This document shows, piece by piece, positions 39,855 to 51,534 of a stretch of DNA of 64,000 nucleotides. The translations under genes were made by a program, and so were the position numbers. This DNA comes from Obrimoposthia wandeli. Its lineage: Eukaryota. Position 1 is the first letter of the stretch. Every line of letters begins with the position of its first letter. The DNA is taken from contig CDROCS010001089.1 in assembly GCA_977020255.1 (NCBI GenBank), positions 62,001 through 126,000 on the forward strand, written 5' to 3'. The notes beneath the pieces were generated by a model. The model was not told the origin of the DNA. It saw only the letters and a list, made by a program, of their open reading frames with translations, and made no database searches.

Positions 39855-40034
39855 TGATAAGTCCTTACAATAGCGTTACGACTGTAAATATCTGCATGAT
39901 GATTAGCCGTGTAATATCATCCTATTCGGCGACAAAAGAAATGCAAGATAACTTACCTTATCGGTGATGAAAATATTTTCCTAGGTGCATATTGTGATTC
40001 AACTGCCGAATTTAGGATCATGCAAACCTTAGCC

Positions 40035-40724
40035 TTATTGATCTTTTAAAATATCTTTATTTTCTTCAACTAGCTCTTGGCCTTCATGCCCGCTAATCAA
40101 CATACGCCGCTTTCCGGTGTAGATATCTATAAATGCTTGTCCTGATCGGTATACCAATAGCGCTAAACTAATCGGCAAAATAATTAACACTAACCAGCGA
40201 TGTACTCGGGGTTGCAATCCAAAAAATTCCTGCATTACCTCTGGATAGCGTAACTCTTCAACTCCTATACCGATTTTAAACATCTTCGCCCAGTATTCGA
40301 TAGCACCACCGCGCACATCTACTCCGAGTAAATGTAACCAGGTAGAATCAAGTAATATTAAGCCATAACACATACTGGCGAATGCTCCAAAGAGCGCCAT
40401 AACACGGGTTACCGGAGCTGATACTGCATTAAGCAAAAGATCAACACCAATATGCACACCGTTTTTAATACCATAGCTCATGCCAAGCAGAATCAGCCAT
40501 GAAAAAGCCAAGGTATTGAATTCTAATGCGGCGGTCCAGCCGCTGTTAAACCCGTAACGTGCGACAACTTGCCCAAATGAAACCAGCATAATCGCGCTAA
40601 TAACGATCACTAGAATGTTTTCTTCAGCACTTGCTACTTTCTCTGGCCACTTACGCTCAAGCAGCCAAATAATAGCAATTAGTAAAAATAAATAAATATG
40701 AGGCCAGTAAGCCATGTAAAACAC
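40035..40724 (-). CDS. dctQ: TRAP transporter small permease
   Basis: EENIL, QVVARY.FN, WLILLGMSYGIK...HIGVD; lies between dctP and dctM. Confidence 0.9.
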   Translation of the reverse strand: MFYMAYWPHIYLFLLIAIIWLLERKWPEKVASAEENILVIVISAIMLVSFGQVVARYGFNSGWTAALEFNTLAFSWLILLGMSYGIKNGVHIGVDLLLNAVSAPVTRVMALFGAFASMCYGLILLDSTWLHLLGVDVRGGAIEYWAKMFKIGIGVEELRYPEVMQEFFGLQPRVHRWLVLIILPISLALLVYRSGQAFIDIYTGKRRMLISGHEGQELVEENKDILKDQ

Positions 40725-40858
40725 TCCCGCTGAAATCTAAGTTAACAAGTGTGAGTCAAAAAATAACTATCCTAAATTCGCTAGCCGGGCACAAAAATGC
40801 CGTACAGACTTTGGTCTTTTAGCTAGCAAATTTAGGATAATATAAAGTATTACTTGAG

Positions 40859-40888
40859 AAAGAGCCGCTATACCGTTAACGGCTCTTT
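40859..40888 (-). terminator. Stem-loop after dctP (differential stability or partial termination)
   Basis: AAAGAGCCG...CGGCTCTTT. Confidence 0.55.
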
Positions 40889-40939
40889 TAGAGAAGAAAG
40901 TAAATGTATGCTTACTATTTCTCTCAAACGCTTAATTTC

Positions 40940-41932
40940 TTAAGCTTCTGCTGCCGATTTGATCAATTGGGCACCAATATCGCTTTCAAACTTTTTCCAA
41001 ACAGGTTTCATTGCTTCAACCCACTTCGCACGCTGCTCTGGTGTTAGCACGTTGATTTTGCCACCTGCTTTCAAAATATTTTCTCTATTTGCCAGTTCCT
41101 TAGCTTTTACGTTCTCGTTAGCTGCTTGCGTCACTTCATTGGCAATGGTTAAGAACTGATCACGTACTTCAGGCTTCAACTCATCAAGAAATTCAGAAGA
41201 TGTCATGAATAAGTACGCTAGCAACTGGTGGCTAGTTTCAGTGACACTATCTTGTACCTCGAAGAATTTTTTAGTGTAGATGTTTGACCAAGTATTTTCT
41301 TGTCCATCAACTACGCCTGTTTGTAGTGCACCGTATACTTCTTTAAAGGCCATTGGTTGTGGAGACCCACCCATTGCCCCTATCATCGCTTTGGCTACAT
41401 CTGAAGACTGAACTCTAAACTTCATGCCTTTAGCATCAGTTGGTACCGTTAATGCTTTGTTACCAGAGAAATATTTCATGCCTGACATCCAATAACCTAG
41501 GCCTACAAATCCTACATTATTCATCGCGTTCAGTAGCTTTTTACCTGAATCAGAATTAGTGAAACGAATCGCAGCATCCATATCTTTAAAGATGAAAGGT
41601 AAATCAAATACACCAAATTCACGAGTGTAAGATCCGAACTTAGATAGTGAAGGAGCAAGAATTTGTACATCGCCAAGTAATAGCGCTTCAAGCTCTTTTG
41701 AATCGCCAAACAAAGTTGAACTTGGGAAAACTTCGATACACATTTTACCGTTCATTTCTTTATTTACACGTTCAGCTAAAGAATTAGCGGCAACCACTTT
41801 AGGGTGAGTTGTTCCCCCTGTTACGTGGCTTAATTTAGCAACCACTTCCCCTGGATCACATTCAGAGGCAAAGGCAGTAGAAACACTTAAAGCTAAGGCA
41901 ACTGTTGTTAATGCTGTGGTTATTTTTTTCAT
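40940..41932 (-). CDS. dctP: TRAP C4-dicarboxylate-binding protein
   Basis: Signal peptide, FPSSTLFGD..ELEALLLGDVQ, VFDLPFIF, KFRVQ.S, VYGALQTGVVDGQENTWSN. Confidence 0.93.
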   Translation of the reverse strand: MKKITTALTTVALALSVSTAFASECDPGEVVAKLSHVTGGTTHPKVVAANSLAERVNKEMNGKMCIEVFPSSTLFGDSKELEALLLGDVQILAPSLSKFGSYTREFGVFDLPFIFKDMDAAIRFTNSDSGKKLLNAMNNVGFVGLGYWMSGMKYFSGNKALTVPTDAKGMKFRVQSSDVAKAMIGAMGGSPQPMAFKEVYGALQTGVVDGQENTWSNIYTKKFFEVQDSVTETSHQLLAYLFMTSSEFLDELKPEVRDQFLTIANEVTQAANENVKAKELANRENILKAGGKINVLTPEQRAKWVEAMKPVWKKFESDIGAQLIKSAAEA

Positions 41933-41999
41933 TATTCAAACTCCGTATCGTTTTTATTTTAGAATATTAGTAAACTTGGTTTTAACTAAATAGTAATAG

Positions 42000-42015
42000 A
42001 GCACTTTTGATGCCA
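42000..42015 (-). promoter_or_regulatory. sigma54 promoter of dctPQM
   Basis: Minus strand TGGCAT-CAAAA-GTGCT, about 70 bp upstream of dctP. Confidence 0.65.
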
Positions 42016-42356
42016 ACATCAAAATAAAAACGCTAACTATTTGAATATATTTAATTAATTATTTTTATCAGGCTTAGCCTGAATACTAGAGCTAACAAAT
42101 CAAGGTTTAGTATGGGTGATTTTAACTCAAGCATATTTGTTAAGTGGCGGGTTTCCACCCAAACCTCTGAGCGACTCAAGAGCCTACCGAAAATACTTAT
42201 AAACAAGTCTAGCGATAGTTAGATAGCTGCCTTTCAAGTAAAGATGAACGGATGGATTGAATAAGTGCATCTATCAAACACAACCGATGCACAGGTTATT
42301 TTAAGGAGGAAAATATTTTTATACACAGCATTACTGATTTTCAGGCATCAGCTACT

Positions 42357-43172
42357 TCAACAATCCATGTATTGGCATAAAGCTAAACTACGTGAAATCT
42401 GCGTGGCTTTTTTTATCTCTCCTTTGCTTTGTAATTTGGCGATTACTTTCTTTAACACTGGTCTCAATTTCGATTTCCCCATCCCCACTTTAACATTGCT
42501 ATCGTAAAGTATTTTTAACAACACGACATCTAAACCAGTTAACGTTTGGTTGGGAGTGCGGTCATTAAAAATTGAAGGAAACACTGCATCTGAATCTCTA
42601 GGTAATCCCATCACTTGTGTTAGCTCTTCTACAATACAAGCCACTAATTTTGCATGCATACGCGCCTGATCAACCGGTATATAAACAACAGCACTTTTAA
42701 TACTACCATCACCACTAGTGCTCATGGTTGCCATACAAACAGCCGTTTTTAAGTGCTTCAGGCTACTCTTGCCTGAAACTGCAGTGACTAAACCTGGCAG
42801 TTTCTGTTGTGAGGTGAAATAGTATTTAATGTTAGCTTTGCTTTTAGAGCTCACTCTTGCGATGTCTAAACCTGTAATTTTACGCAAATCCGCAATTTGT
42901 GCATTGAGTAGTGAATTGTGCAGTTGCGCATCGCCTACTTGATGCTCAACATAAATTCTCACCGGCTTATTCCATTTATGCACCTGTAAAGGCGCACCTC
43001 CATATTCACTGCCTAGCGCTATCTCGTAAAAGCTATTGGTGATAAATGTGCTTTTTTGCCAAGCGACTGTGGTGGCAAATAATTGAGAGGGCGCTAAACT
43101 AAAGATAAGGATCGCCAGAGTTAGTGCCTTACAGAACTTTAGAGATTTTTTTGAAAAAATACTTTTCCTCAT
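42357..43172 (-). CDS. DUF2927-domain exported protein
   Basis: FYEIALGSEY, HKWNKPVR, ACIVEELTQVMGLPRDS..VFPSIFND, LTGLD..LLKILY. Confidence 0.8.
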   Translation of the reverse strand: MRKSIFSKKSLKFCKALTLAILIFSLAPSQLFATTVAWQKSTFITNSFYEIALGSEYGGAPLQVHKWNKPVRIYVEHQVGDAQLHNSLLNAQIADLRKITGLDIARVSSKSKANIKYYFTSQQKLPGLVTAVSGKSSLKHLKTAVCMATMSTSGDGSIKSAVVYIPVDQARMHAKLVACIVEELTQVMGLPRDSDAVFPSIFNDRTPNQTLTGLDVVLLKILYDSNVKVGMGKSKLRPVLKKVIAKLQSKGEIKKATQISRSLALCQYMDC

Positions 43173-43666
43173 TACTCATCCATTTTTAATTACTTTTTAA
43201 TGAAGTCATGTAATCACTCATTAACAACTTTTCATCGTTAATAGTCAAATAACATTATCTGCTATCTAAACCTTTTACAGCCAATAACGGCAAAGTCTTA
43301 CATAAGAATATCAGCAATTAAAGCCATCCTGCTAGCTTTTTGAGGTGCTACTGTTTTTCTAACTTGTCGGCTAGTTTGAGCACCGCTATTATTTTCGTTA
43401 TTCACCCTCTCTAAGCACTATATAGCACAATCCGATAGTGGCGTTTTTAGGCAATTACTGTTCGTATTGGAAACTTTTCGCCATTTAAGACATTATTCTC
43501 GTTTACTACAATTTTGGAGTCAAAAACCCGCCTTAATAGCGCGGAATTATTGTGCTAAGCGCTTTTATCTGCCTTACGCTATGTTAATATTTGCACCCTC
43601 TGTTGTTTCACAAAACACTAGAGTTAACATCAATTGATGATCACAAATACAAGGCACGCACCCAAA

Positions 43667-44908
43667 ATGAGTAATGCTACATCTTTAGATAAAAGTAAAA
43701 TCAAGATTTTATTATTAGAAGGCGTTCACCAAAGCGCTGTTGACTCTTTTAATCAGGATGGTTATTCAAACATCGAATACATCACTGGCTCTTTATCTGA
43801 AGAAGATTTGTTATCGCGTATCAGCGATGTGCATTTTATCGGTATACGCTCGCGAACTCAGCTCAATGAAAAAGTATTCGCTGCGGCCAAAAAATTAATG
43901 GCTGTTGGCTGCTTCTGCATCGGTACCAACCAAGTTGATTTAGCTGCGGCAACCAAGCATGCCGTCGCGGTTTTTAATGCGCCTTTCTCTAACACCCGCT
44001 CTGTTGCAGAACTGGTTATCGCTGAATCTATTATTTTACTGCGCGGTATCGCCGAAAAAAATGCTAAGGCACACCGCGGTGAATGGCAAAAATCAGCACA
44101 AGGCTCTTTCGAAATCCGTAATAAAACCCTCGGCATCGTCGGTTACGGCAGCATCGGTTCACAACTCAGTGTTATTGCTGAATCATTAGGTATGAAAGTA
44201 CTTTTCCACGATGTGGTAAGTAAACTGCCATTAGGAAACGCTCAGCAAGTTAGCAGCTTATCTGAGTTACTGGCAAAAAGTAATATCGTCAGCTTACACA
44301 TTCCAGAAGTCAACGCGACCAAAAATTTGATGTCGACTTTAGAGTTTTCACAAATGAAAGAGGGTGCAATTTTCATCAATGCGGCCCGCGGCACTGTTGT
44401 TGATATTGATGCACTATGTATTGCTTTAGAGAACAAAAAACTATCGGGTGCAGCTATCGATGTATTCCCTGTTGAGCCACGTACTAACAAAGAAGAATTC
44501 ATCTCGCCGCTGCGTAAATTCGACAATGTTATCTTAACGCCACACGTTGGCGGATCAACTATGGAAGCGCAAAAGAGCATTGGCTCGGAAGTAGCAGACA
44601 AACTAGTAAAATACAGCGATAACGGTACTTCTGTAACCTCTGTAAACTTCCCAGAAGTTTCACTTCCCGATCACACAGATGAAGATGGAGTGCATAGATT
44701 GCTGCACGTTCACCATAACGTGCCTGGGGTGCTTTCTAATATCAATACTATTTTGTCAGAAAATAACATCAACATTTCAGGTCAGCATTTACAAACTAAT
44801 GATAAAGTTGGCTATGTTGTTATCGATGTTGATGCGGATTGTTCAGAAAAAGCGCTGAATAAACTATCGTCTATTGAAGGCACTATTCGCTGCAGAAGGT
44901 TATTCTAA
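43667..44908 (+). CDS. serA: D-3-phosphoglycerate dehydrogenase
   Basis: KIKILLLEGVH, GIRSRT, FCIGTNQVDL, GYGSIGSQL, TPHVGGST, C-terminal ACT domain; start moved to ATG 43667. Confidence 0.97.
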   Translation: MSNATSLDKSKIKILLLEGVHQSAVDSFNQDGYSNIEYITGSLSEEDLLSRISDVHFIGIRSRTQLNEKVFAAAKKLMAVGCFCIGTNQVDLAAATKHAVAVFNAPFSNTRSVAELVIAESIILLRGIAEKNAKAHRGEWQKSAQGSFEIRNKTLGIVGYGSIGSQLSVIAESLGMKVLFHDVVSKLPLGNAQQVSSLSELLAKSNIVSLHIPEVNATKNLMSTLEFSQMKEGAIFINAARGTVVDIDALCIALENKKLSGAAIDVFPVEPRTNKEEFISPLRKFDNVILTPHVGGSTMEAQKSIGSEVADKLVKYSDNGTSVTSVNFPEVSLPDHTDEDGVHRLLHVHHNVPGVLSNINTILSENNINISGQHLQTNDKVGYVVIDVDADCSEKALNKLSSIEGTIRCRRLF

Positions 44909-44997
44909 TTTAACACCTCGTTAGCAGCGCTATTAGCTAGAACACACTAGTACAGGCCTAGTGTGTTTACTGACCTCCCTACCTATTTTTAAAGCAT

Positions 44998-45632
44998 TTA
45001 ACCCCTTGATACAACCTCTTGCTCTAATACGTTTAAATCTGCTATTTTCGCAAATACTTGCTCGTGCCACTTTAATGCTTCATCCACTAAGTGATACTTA
45101 GCGCCATCGATAATGCACAACTGAGACTTTGGAAACTGCCGCCCAATAAGCGCTACATTGTATTGCCAATTAACCGTTTGATCATCACTGCCTTGAATAA
45201 TGAGCACAGGGGTAGCACAAGGCGGATATTTTGCAAATCGTTTTGCCCAACTTAACATCGCCCCTATCCAATTTAATTGAACATACTGGCTGCTAAAGGG
45301 ATCCTGCTTGTCAATAAACTCTAGGTACTGAAGATCATGGCTATTTTCACTTCTGCCACGCTTCACAGAGTAACCAAGAAGCGTATGCATTGGTATCGCA
45401 TTTTAACCTATTTAAATTTGTCACACTGTACTAGTGGCGCTAATTAAATGCGTTGTTTGACTATTATTTCATGGCAAAACGGCGCGTAAATCTCGAGGAT
45501 TAAAACACATCGGCATATCATATAATTCTTGTGTGGAATATTTTCCTCAGTTAAGCCATGGCCTATTTTATCGTAAATAAGTACATCCCAGCCTAGCGCT
45601 AATAAATACTTGATTGCGATATAAAGTGTGAT
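44998..45632 (-). pseudogene. Fragmented alpha/beta hydrolase (Hydrolase_4/lysophospholipase-like)
   Basis: Pieces: YLLALGWDVLIYDKIGHGL (45552-45610); frameshifted HLI(S/A)PLV near 45450; C-terminal SENSHD...QDP...WIGAM...LIIQGSDDQTVNWQYN...GAKYHLVDE. The GxSxG region and the N-terminus are missing. Confidence 0.75.
45454..45560 (+). repeat. 107-bp direct repeat, copy 1 (copy 2 at 45742-45848)
   Basis: 101/107 identical by manual alignment; period 288 bp. Confidence 0.95.
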
Positions 45633-45690
45633 CCGGTTAAAAAGTGTAAGCTCTTTACTCATTGATTTGTGGTTTTCTAGCATATGGTAA
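45633..45690 (-). mobile_element. Partial copy (one end) of the MITE-like element at 13131-13270
   Basis: 58 bp matching 13210-13267 inverted, with 2 substitutions and 2 single-base indels. Confidence 0.75.
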
Positions 45691-45741
45691 TCAACGATTT
45701 GCTAAATTTTTCAAATAATCTAACCAAGCTCGATCTAGAGG

Positions 45742-45848
45742 TGTTTGATTATTATTTTGTGGCAAAATGGCGCGTAAATCTCGAGGATTAAAACACATCG
45801 GCATATCCTATAATTCTTGTGTGGAATATTTTCCTCAGTTAAGCAATG
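45742..45848 (+). repeat. 107-bp direct repeat, copy 2, upstream of the MscS gene
   Basis: See copy 1; contains TATAAT. Confidence 0.95.
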
Positions 45849-45890
45849 ATATAGCTATCATTACTCTTTTTTAAGCTAGGTTCGTATTTT

Positions 45891-48800
45891 ATGAGATTTA
45901 TCGCAAGCTATATTTTTTGCTTCTTTATGGTCGCTCTACCTATTAATGCCTCTGCCAATCTCGCGATAGATACCATTCAACGACAATTAGAACTATTAGA
46001 CCCTAAACTTGAAACTAACAGGGAGTTGCGGGATATTTATTTACAAATTATTGATACTCACTCCCGCACTAATGAAACGCAACAACAAGTTAATGATTTT
46101 AAAAAAAAATTACAAACCCTTCCCAGTGATATATCGCAACTCAAAGCACAACTAAGCAAAGAGCAACCCAGTAAAGATAGCAAAACCACCCATCAAACCC
46201 AACGGGCAAAACTTGCTAAAGCAACCCAGAAAGTGCCCTTAGCAGCACTAGAGCTTGAACTCACTCAACTACAGTCAACTCAGTTAGAATTGCAGCAAAA
46301 TCGCGATAGAATCGAAAACCAAATTAACACTGATGAGCAAAAGCCGGTAGAACTTCGCAAATCCCTGGCAGAGCTAAAACAGCAACCTATCACTTTAGAT
46401 ACTACTAGTCACACTCAGATTCAACAGCAGTTGGATGAAGTATTATTTTCGTTTAAAAACTTAACAGTGCAATCGATCAACCTCGAGCTGTTAGTGATTC
46501 CGCTTAACAATAAATACAACCGCTTAAAGCTTAGCTGGACTGATACTGAACTGCTTGTATTGAGCCAAACTATTCGCTACTACCAAGATAAAATTCAACG
46601 ATTACGACAATCCGCGACGGACAAACTCTTAAAGGAAGCCACACCTGCAAATACCAAGAAAGACAACCCTGCCCCAATCAGCAAATTAATACAGCAAAAC
46701 AACGCCTTAAGTAACCAATTACGCACTAGTGTCGCCAATGCAGCTAATGTCGTTGAAAGGTTGCGCATATTAGACCAGCAGCACACTTTAATTTTGCAAA
46801 GCTATAAAATTATTCAACAGCAGCTCGCACTCAGTGAAAACAGTTTTGGTATTGAATTAAAAAACTTTAGCCGACGCTTCTCAACTGTGCAACTTATCGG
46901 TGATAGCCGCGCTGAAATCACACGCATTAAACTGTTAAACATTGAACTCAACCAATTAAAGTTGAACATGGCGATCAACAAACCAGTGACAACTTCTTGG
47001 GATGAAGAATCACTAGCTGATTTACAATCTTTACAAAGTACCAGTTTAGATTTGATCAATAACTTACATACTGCGTACGCAAGAGAGCTAGATGAACTAT
47101 CTAAAACGCTCACCCTTGAAACACAGATAGAGAAACAATTTAAGCAGGGTGAAAAACTGCTTACTGAGTATTTAATTTGGCTACCCAGTGTACCTAACGT
47201 CGATAGCAATTGGTTAACGCAAATCACCAATAGCACTCAAACGCAGCTACAAAATGCCTTACAAGCGATTAATCAAACGACACTTAGACCTACGGAACAA
47301 TGGTTACGCTGGATAATTATCTTCATTTTAGTTTCTTTTGTTGCGCTATTTTTACTACGCTATCAACTCCAGCATGAAAAAATGTGGTCCCAGCAAATTG
47401 GCAACGTCGTTCGCGATCGTTTCAGTCGCAGTTTGAAGCTGCTTTTTTTGGCTCCAGCGATTAGTTTACCTATTCCTTTAATACTCTATATTTTATTAAA
47501 TCATGTGTTGGTCATTCAAGATCAGAACATCCAATACATCAATAATTTACTATGCTTTTCTGTGTGGTTTTACCTCAGTTTTTTCTATTGGTTAAAACGC
47601 CCTTACGGCCTTTTCATTAGCCACTTAGATATCCCCGAAGACTTTTGTATTAAGCTTAAAAAGCTTTTGATACCAATGTACTTTCTCGGTGTACCTATGG
47701 CTTGGTTACTCTTGTATTTTGATAGTATCCCGTCTCTTGAGTTGCACTCAGGCTTAGGACGTTTAATATTTATCGCTTTAACCATTCTTGCCGGTGCATT
47801 TTGGGGAGCGCTTTGGAAAGTATCGCCGCGTGGCAACCTTGTCACCAACGGAATTAGCTGGTGGCAGCAACCTAAATTATGGTTAGTAGCGCTGGTGGCT
47901 ATTCATGTAGTATTGGTTTTCGCCGCCCTTTTGGGGTATTTATTTACCAGCTCTATTGTGATGTCCATTTTGCTGGCAATCACTTTGATTTTTTACGCAG
48001 TGTTCTCAATATACCGTTTAGGAGTACGCTGGTTACTCATCGCAGAACGGCGAATCTCTTTTGCTAAAGCCCGTGCCAGGCGCATAGAAATACTCGCTGC
48101 TCGTGAAAAAAATGAAGAAGTTCCCGTTTTAGAAGAAAACTATCTAGGGGTTAAATCAGTCTCGGAGCAAGCCTCTGTATTACTTAAGGCCCTTTCATTT
48201 AGCTTACTCTTTTTTGCTTTATGGTTTTTGGTAAAAAACTTCCTGCCTTCTTTAGATATACTCGATAACGTAATTCTTTGGAGTAACGACATCACAACGG
48301 CAAGTGGAATCAGTTCAGAGAGTATCAGTTTACGCAGTGTTATCACCAGTGGCTTTATCATTGGTTTAACGATATTAGCTGCCTACAATTTGCCAGGATT
48401 ACTAGAGCTATTAATACTGCGCCATATTAATTTAACACCGGGCACTTCATATGCAATTACCACTATTACCCGCTATTTACTCATTATTGCCACAGTCATG
48501 GCAGGTGCTAGTCAGATAGGAGTTGAATGGGCAAAGCTACAGTGGTTAGTGGCTGCAATGGGGGTTGGTTTAGGTTTTGGCTTACAAGAAATTGTGGCCA
48601 ATTTTGTCTCGGGAATTATCATTTTATTTGAAAAACCAGTGCGAATTGGCGATACCATCACTATTGGCGGAGTGACCGGTAAAGTGACTAAAATTAAAAT
48701 TCGCGCAACAACCATCGCTGATTGGGATAGAAAAGAAGTCATCATCCCCAATAAAACCTTTGTTACTGATCAACTGATTAACTGGTCACTTTCCGATGCT

Positions 48801-49106
48801 ATTACCAGGGTAGTTGTGCATGTAGGGGTAGCTTATGGCTCAGATACAGAGTTAGTGCACAGGCTGATTCAACAAGCTGCTAACTCAAACTACAGAGTCT
48901 TACAAAGCCCTGCACCAGAAGTCTTTTTCACCACTTTTGGCAATAGCACTTTAGATTTTGAATTGCGTTTCTTTGTCGATAGTTTAGGCGATAGAAATAT
49001 AGCCATCCATGAAATCAATCAACAAATTAACCAAGTATTTGCAGAACAAAATGTCAGCATTGCCTTTCCACAATTGGATGTGCATTTACATCGCAGTAAA
49101 AACTAA
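45891..49106 (+). CDS. Large MscS-family mechanosensitive channel (MscM/MscK-like)
   Basis: Signal peptide, long coiled periplasmic domain, multiple TM segments, GVGLGFGLQEIVANFVSGIIILFEKPVRIGD, IAFPQLDVHL. Confidence 0.92.
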   Translation: MRFIASYIFCFFMVALPINASANLAIDTIQRQLELLDPKLETNRELRDIYLQIIDTHSRTNETQQQVNDFKKKLQTLPSDISQLKAQLSKEQPSKDSKTTHQTQRAKLAKATQKVPLAALELELTQLQSTQLELQQNRDRIENQINTDEQKPVELRKSLAELKQQPITLDTTSHTQIQQQLDEVLFSFKNLTVQSINLELLVIPLNNKYNRLKLSWTDTELLVLSQTIRYYQDKIQRLRQSATDKLLKEATPANTKKDNPAPISKLIQQNNALSNQLRTSVANAANVVERLRILDQQHTLILQSYKIIQQQLALSENSFGIELKNFSRRFSTVQLIGDSRAEITRIKLLNIELNQLKLNMAINKPVTTSWDEESLADLQSLQSTSLDLINNLHTAYARELDELSKTLTLETQIEKQFKQGEKLLTEYLIWLPSVPNVDSNWLTQITNSTQTQLQNALQAINQTTLRPTEQWLRWIIIFILVSFVALFLLRYQLQHEKMWSQQIGNVVRDRFSRSLKLLFLAPAISLPIPLILYILLNHVLVIQDQNIQYINNLLCFSVWFYLSFFYWLKRPYGLFISHLDIPEDFCIKLKKLLIPMYFLGVPMAWLLLYFDSIPSLELHSGLGRLIFIALTILAGAFWGALWKVSPRGNLVTNGISWWQQPKLWLVALVAIHVVLVFAALLGYLFTSSIVMSILLAITLIFYAVFSIYRLGVRWLLIAERRISFAKARARRIEILAAREKNEEVPVLEENYLGVKSVSEQASVLLKALSFSLLFFALWFLVKNFLPSLDILDNVILWSNDITTASGISSESISLRSVITSGFIIGLTILAAYNLPGLLELLILRHINLTPGTSYAITTITRYLLIIATVMAGASQIGVEWAKLQWLVAAMGVGLGFGLQEIVANFVSGIIILFEKPVRIGDTITIGGVTGKVTKIKIRATTIADWDRKEVIIPNKTFVTDQLINWSLSDAITRVVVHVGVAYGSDTELVHRLIQQAANSNYRVLQSPAPEVFFTTFGNSTLDFELRFFVDSLGDRNIAIHEINQQINQVFAEQNVSIAFPQLDVHLHRSKN

Positions 49107-49359
49107 ATTTGGCTCCAACAACGGCTAACGACATAGTCCAAGGGTGTATCACTAGTTTATTTATGCACAGCATGGATTATTCTCATAGTGAAGAGCATAG
49201 CAATAACCCCTCAAAAGAGCTGTAAATCAATTACTGGATTAATGCTGTTATCGGAAGGTTTAAAAGCATTGAGTTAAAAATGGAAATTATTTTCATATTT
49301 GCTATTATCTATCTCGTTATAGCCATTCATTACTAATCACTATCATTTAGGGTGTCCAG

Positions 49360-51534
49360 ATGAGTCAGAAAACTGCCGTTGGCAATCTACAAGTATCTAC
49401 CGAATTATTCAATTTCATCAATGAAGAAGCGCTACCTGGAACAGGTATTAATGCCGCTGCGTTTTGGTCTAAAACAGATCAAATGATTCATGATTTGATG
49501 CCTAAAAATGCTGAATTATTAGAAAAGCGAGAATCAATTCAAAGCCAAATTGATCAGTGGCATGTGAGTAATAGAGATGCAGGTTTTGATTTCCCAAGCT
49601 ATAAATCTTTCTTGAAAGAAATTGGTTACTTACAAGCTGAAGGCGAAGATTTCGCAATTACTTCAGCCAATGTTGATAGTGAAATGGCTAGCATGGCTGG
49701 CCCACAGTTAGTGGTTCCTGTGATGAATGCACGTTTTGCTATAAACGCAGCCAATGCGCGTTGGGGCAGCTTATACGATGCACTTTATGGATCTGACATT
49801 ATAGATGATGAAGATGGGAGCGAGGCGGGCTCACAATACAATTCATTGCGCGGTGACAAAACCATTCGCTATGCTAGAGACTTTCTAGACCAAGCCATTC
49901 CATTAGCCCAAGGCAGCCACAAAGATGCTATTAACTACAGCATTATTGATAAAAGGCTAAAAGTTGAGCTTAAAAGCGGTGAAACTACTTTAGCCAACCC
50001 TGAAAAACTAGTGGGTTACAATGGCGAGCTCAATGCACCTAGCGCGCTATTATTTTGCAACAACGGTTTACATTTTGAAGTGCAAATTGATGCTAATCAT
50101 TTCATCGGCAAAACCGATGCGGCAAGTATTAAAGATGTCCTAGTAGAATCTGCACTTTCAACTATCATGGATTGCGAAGACTCCGTTGCCGCTGTTGATG
50201 GTAGTGACAAAGTGACAATCTACCGCAACTGGTTAGGCCTTATGCAAGGCAACTTATCAGAAGAAATTACAAAAGGTGGCAAAACCTTTACCCGTACGAT
50301 GAACCCTGATCGCGTTTATAGCGATTTAAACGCTAAGCCGTTAACGCTTAAAGGGCGCAGCTTACTTTTCGTGCGTAATGTGGGTCATTTGATGACTAAC
50401 CCAGCTATTTTGAATAAAGATGGCAGCGAAGTACCTGAAGGCATGATGGATGCGATTTTCACTGCATTGATGGCGATTCATGATTTAAATGGTTCAGGCC
50501 AATACCAAAACTCTACTACCGGCTCAATGTATATCGTTAAACCTAAAATGCACGGCCCTGAAGAAGTTGCTTTTGCCAATGAGCTATTTGCACGCGTAGA
50601 AGATATTTTATCACTTGAGCGCTACACCTTAAAAATGGGCATCATGGATGAAGAGCGCCGCACCACGGTCAACCTTAAAGAATGTATTCGCGCTGCCAAA
50701 GAGCGTGTTGCCTTTATCAATACAGGCTTCTTGGATAGAACTGGCGATGAGATTCATACCTCGATGGAAGCGGGTCCTATGATTCGTAAGAACGATATGA
50801 AGAGCCAAAAGTGGATTGCAGCCTATGAAGATTGGAATGTAGACACTGGTTTACTTTGCGGTTTATCTGGCAAGGCTCAAATTGGTAAAGGCATGTGGGC
50901 TATTCCTGATCAAATGGCAAACATGATGAAAACTAAAATTGGCCACCCATTATCAGGCGCTAATACTGCATGGGTTCCATCTCCTACTGCCGCCACTTTA
51001 CATGCTTTGCATTACCATAAAGTTGATGTTTTTGCTGAGCAGCAAAAAATTAAATCACGTACTAGAGCCAATGTAGATGACATTTTAGATATCCCTGTGG
51101 CTATTGATCCGAACTGGAGCGCTGAAGATATTCAACATGAATTAGACAACAACTGCCAGAGCTTATTAGGTTATGTGGTACGTTGGGTTGATGCGGGCAT
51201 TGGTTGCTCAAAAGTACCTGATATCAACAATGTTGGCTTAATGGAAGATAGAGCAACGCTACGTATTTCTTCACAGCATATGACTAACTGGCTTCATCAT
51301 AATGTTTGTTCAAAAGATCAAGTATTAGCGACGCTGAAGAAAATGGCTAAAGTTGTAGATCAGCAAAACAGCAATGATAGTGGTTATCAAGCGATGGCTG
51401 AAGACTTTGATGCCAGCATTGCTTTTGCAGCGGCTTGTGAATTAGTGTTTGAAGGCTGTGTACAACCAAGTGGTTACACAGAGCCCGTTTTACATAGAAG
51501 TCGTTTAGCGGTTAAAGCTAAACAGTTAAACTAG
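49360..51534 (+). CDS. glcB: Malate synthase G
   Basis: [77 protein letters not shown]. Confidence 0.97.
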   Translation: MSQKTAVGNLQVSTELFNFINEEALPGTGINAAAFWSKTDQMIHDLMPKNAELLEKRESIQSQIDQWHVSNRDAGFDFPSYKSFLKEIGYLQAEGEDFAITSANVDSEMASMAGPQLVVPVMNARFAINAANARWGSLYDALYGSDIIDDEDGSEAGSQYNSLRGDKTIRYARDFLDQAIPLAQGSHKDAINYSIIDKRLKVELKSGETTLANPEKLVGYNGELNAPSALLFCNNGLHFEVQIDANHFIGKTDAASIKDVLVESALSTIMDCEDSVAAVDGSDKVTIYRNWLGLMQGNLSEEITKGGKTFTRTMNPDRVYSDLNAKPLTLKGRSLLFVRNVGHLMTNPAILNKDGSEVPEGMMDAIFTALMAIHDLNGSGQYQNSTTGSMYIVKPKMHGPEEVAFANELFARVEDILSLERYTLKMGIMDEERRTTVNLKECIRAAKERVAFINTGFLDRTGDEIHTSMEAGPMIRKNDMKSQKWIAAYEDWNVDTGLLCGLSGKAQIGKGMWAIPDQMANMMKTKIGHPLSGANTAWVPSPTAATLHALHYHKVDVFAEQQKIKSRTRANVDDILDIPVAIDPNWSAEDIQHELDNNCQSLLGYVVRWVDAGIGCSKVPDINNVGLMEDRATLRISSQHMTNWLHHNVCSKDQVLATLKKMAKVVDQQNSNDSGYQAMAEDFDASIAFAAACELVFEGCVQPSGYTEPVLHRSRLAVKAKQLN

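Noticed and set aside
45444-45683. 79-aa ORF as an independent gene
   Set aside because: It is a chimera: MITE sequence, then a hydrolase fragment, then the duplicated 107-bp segment.
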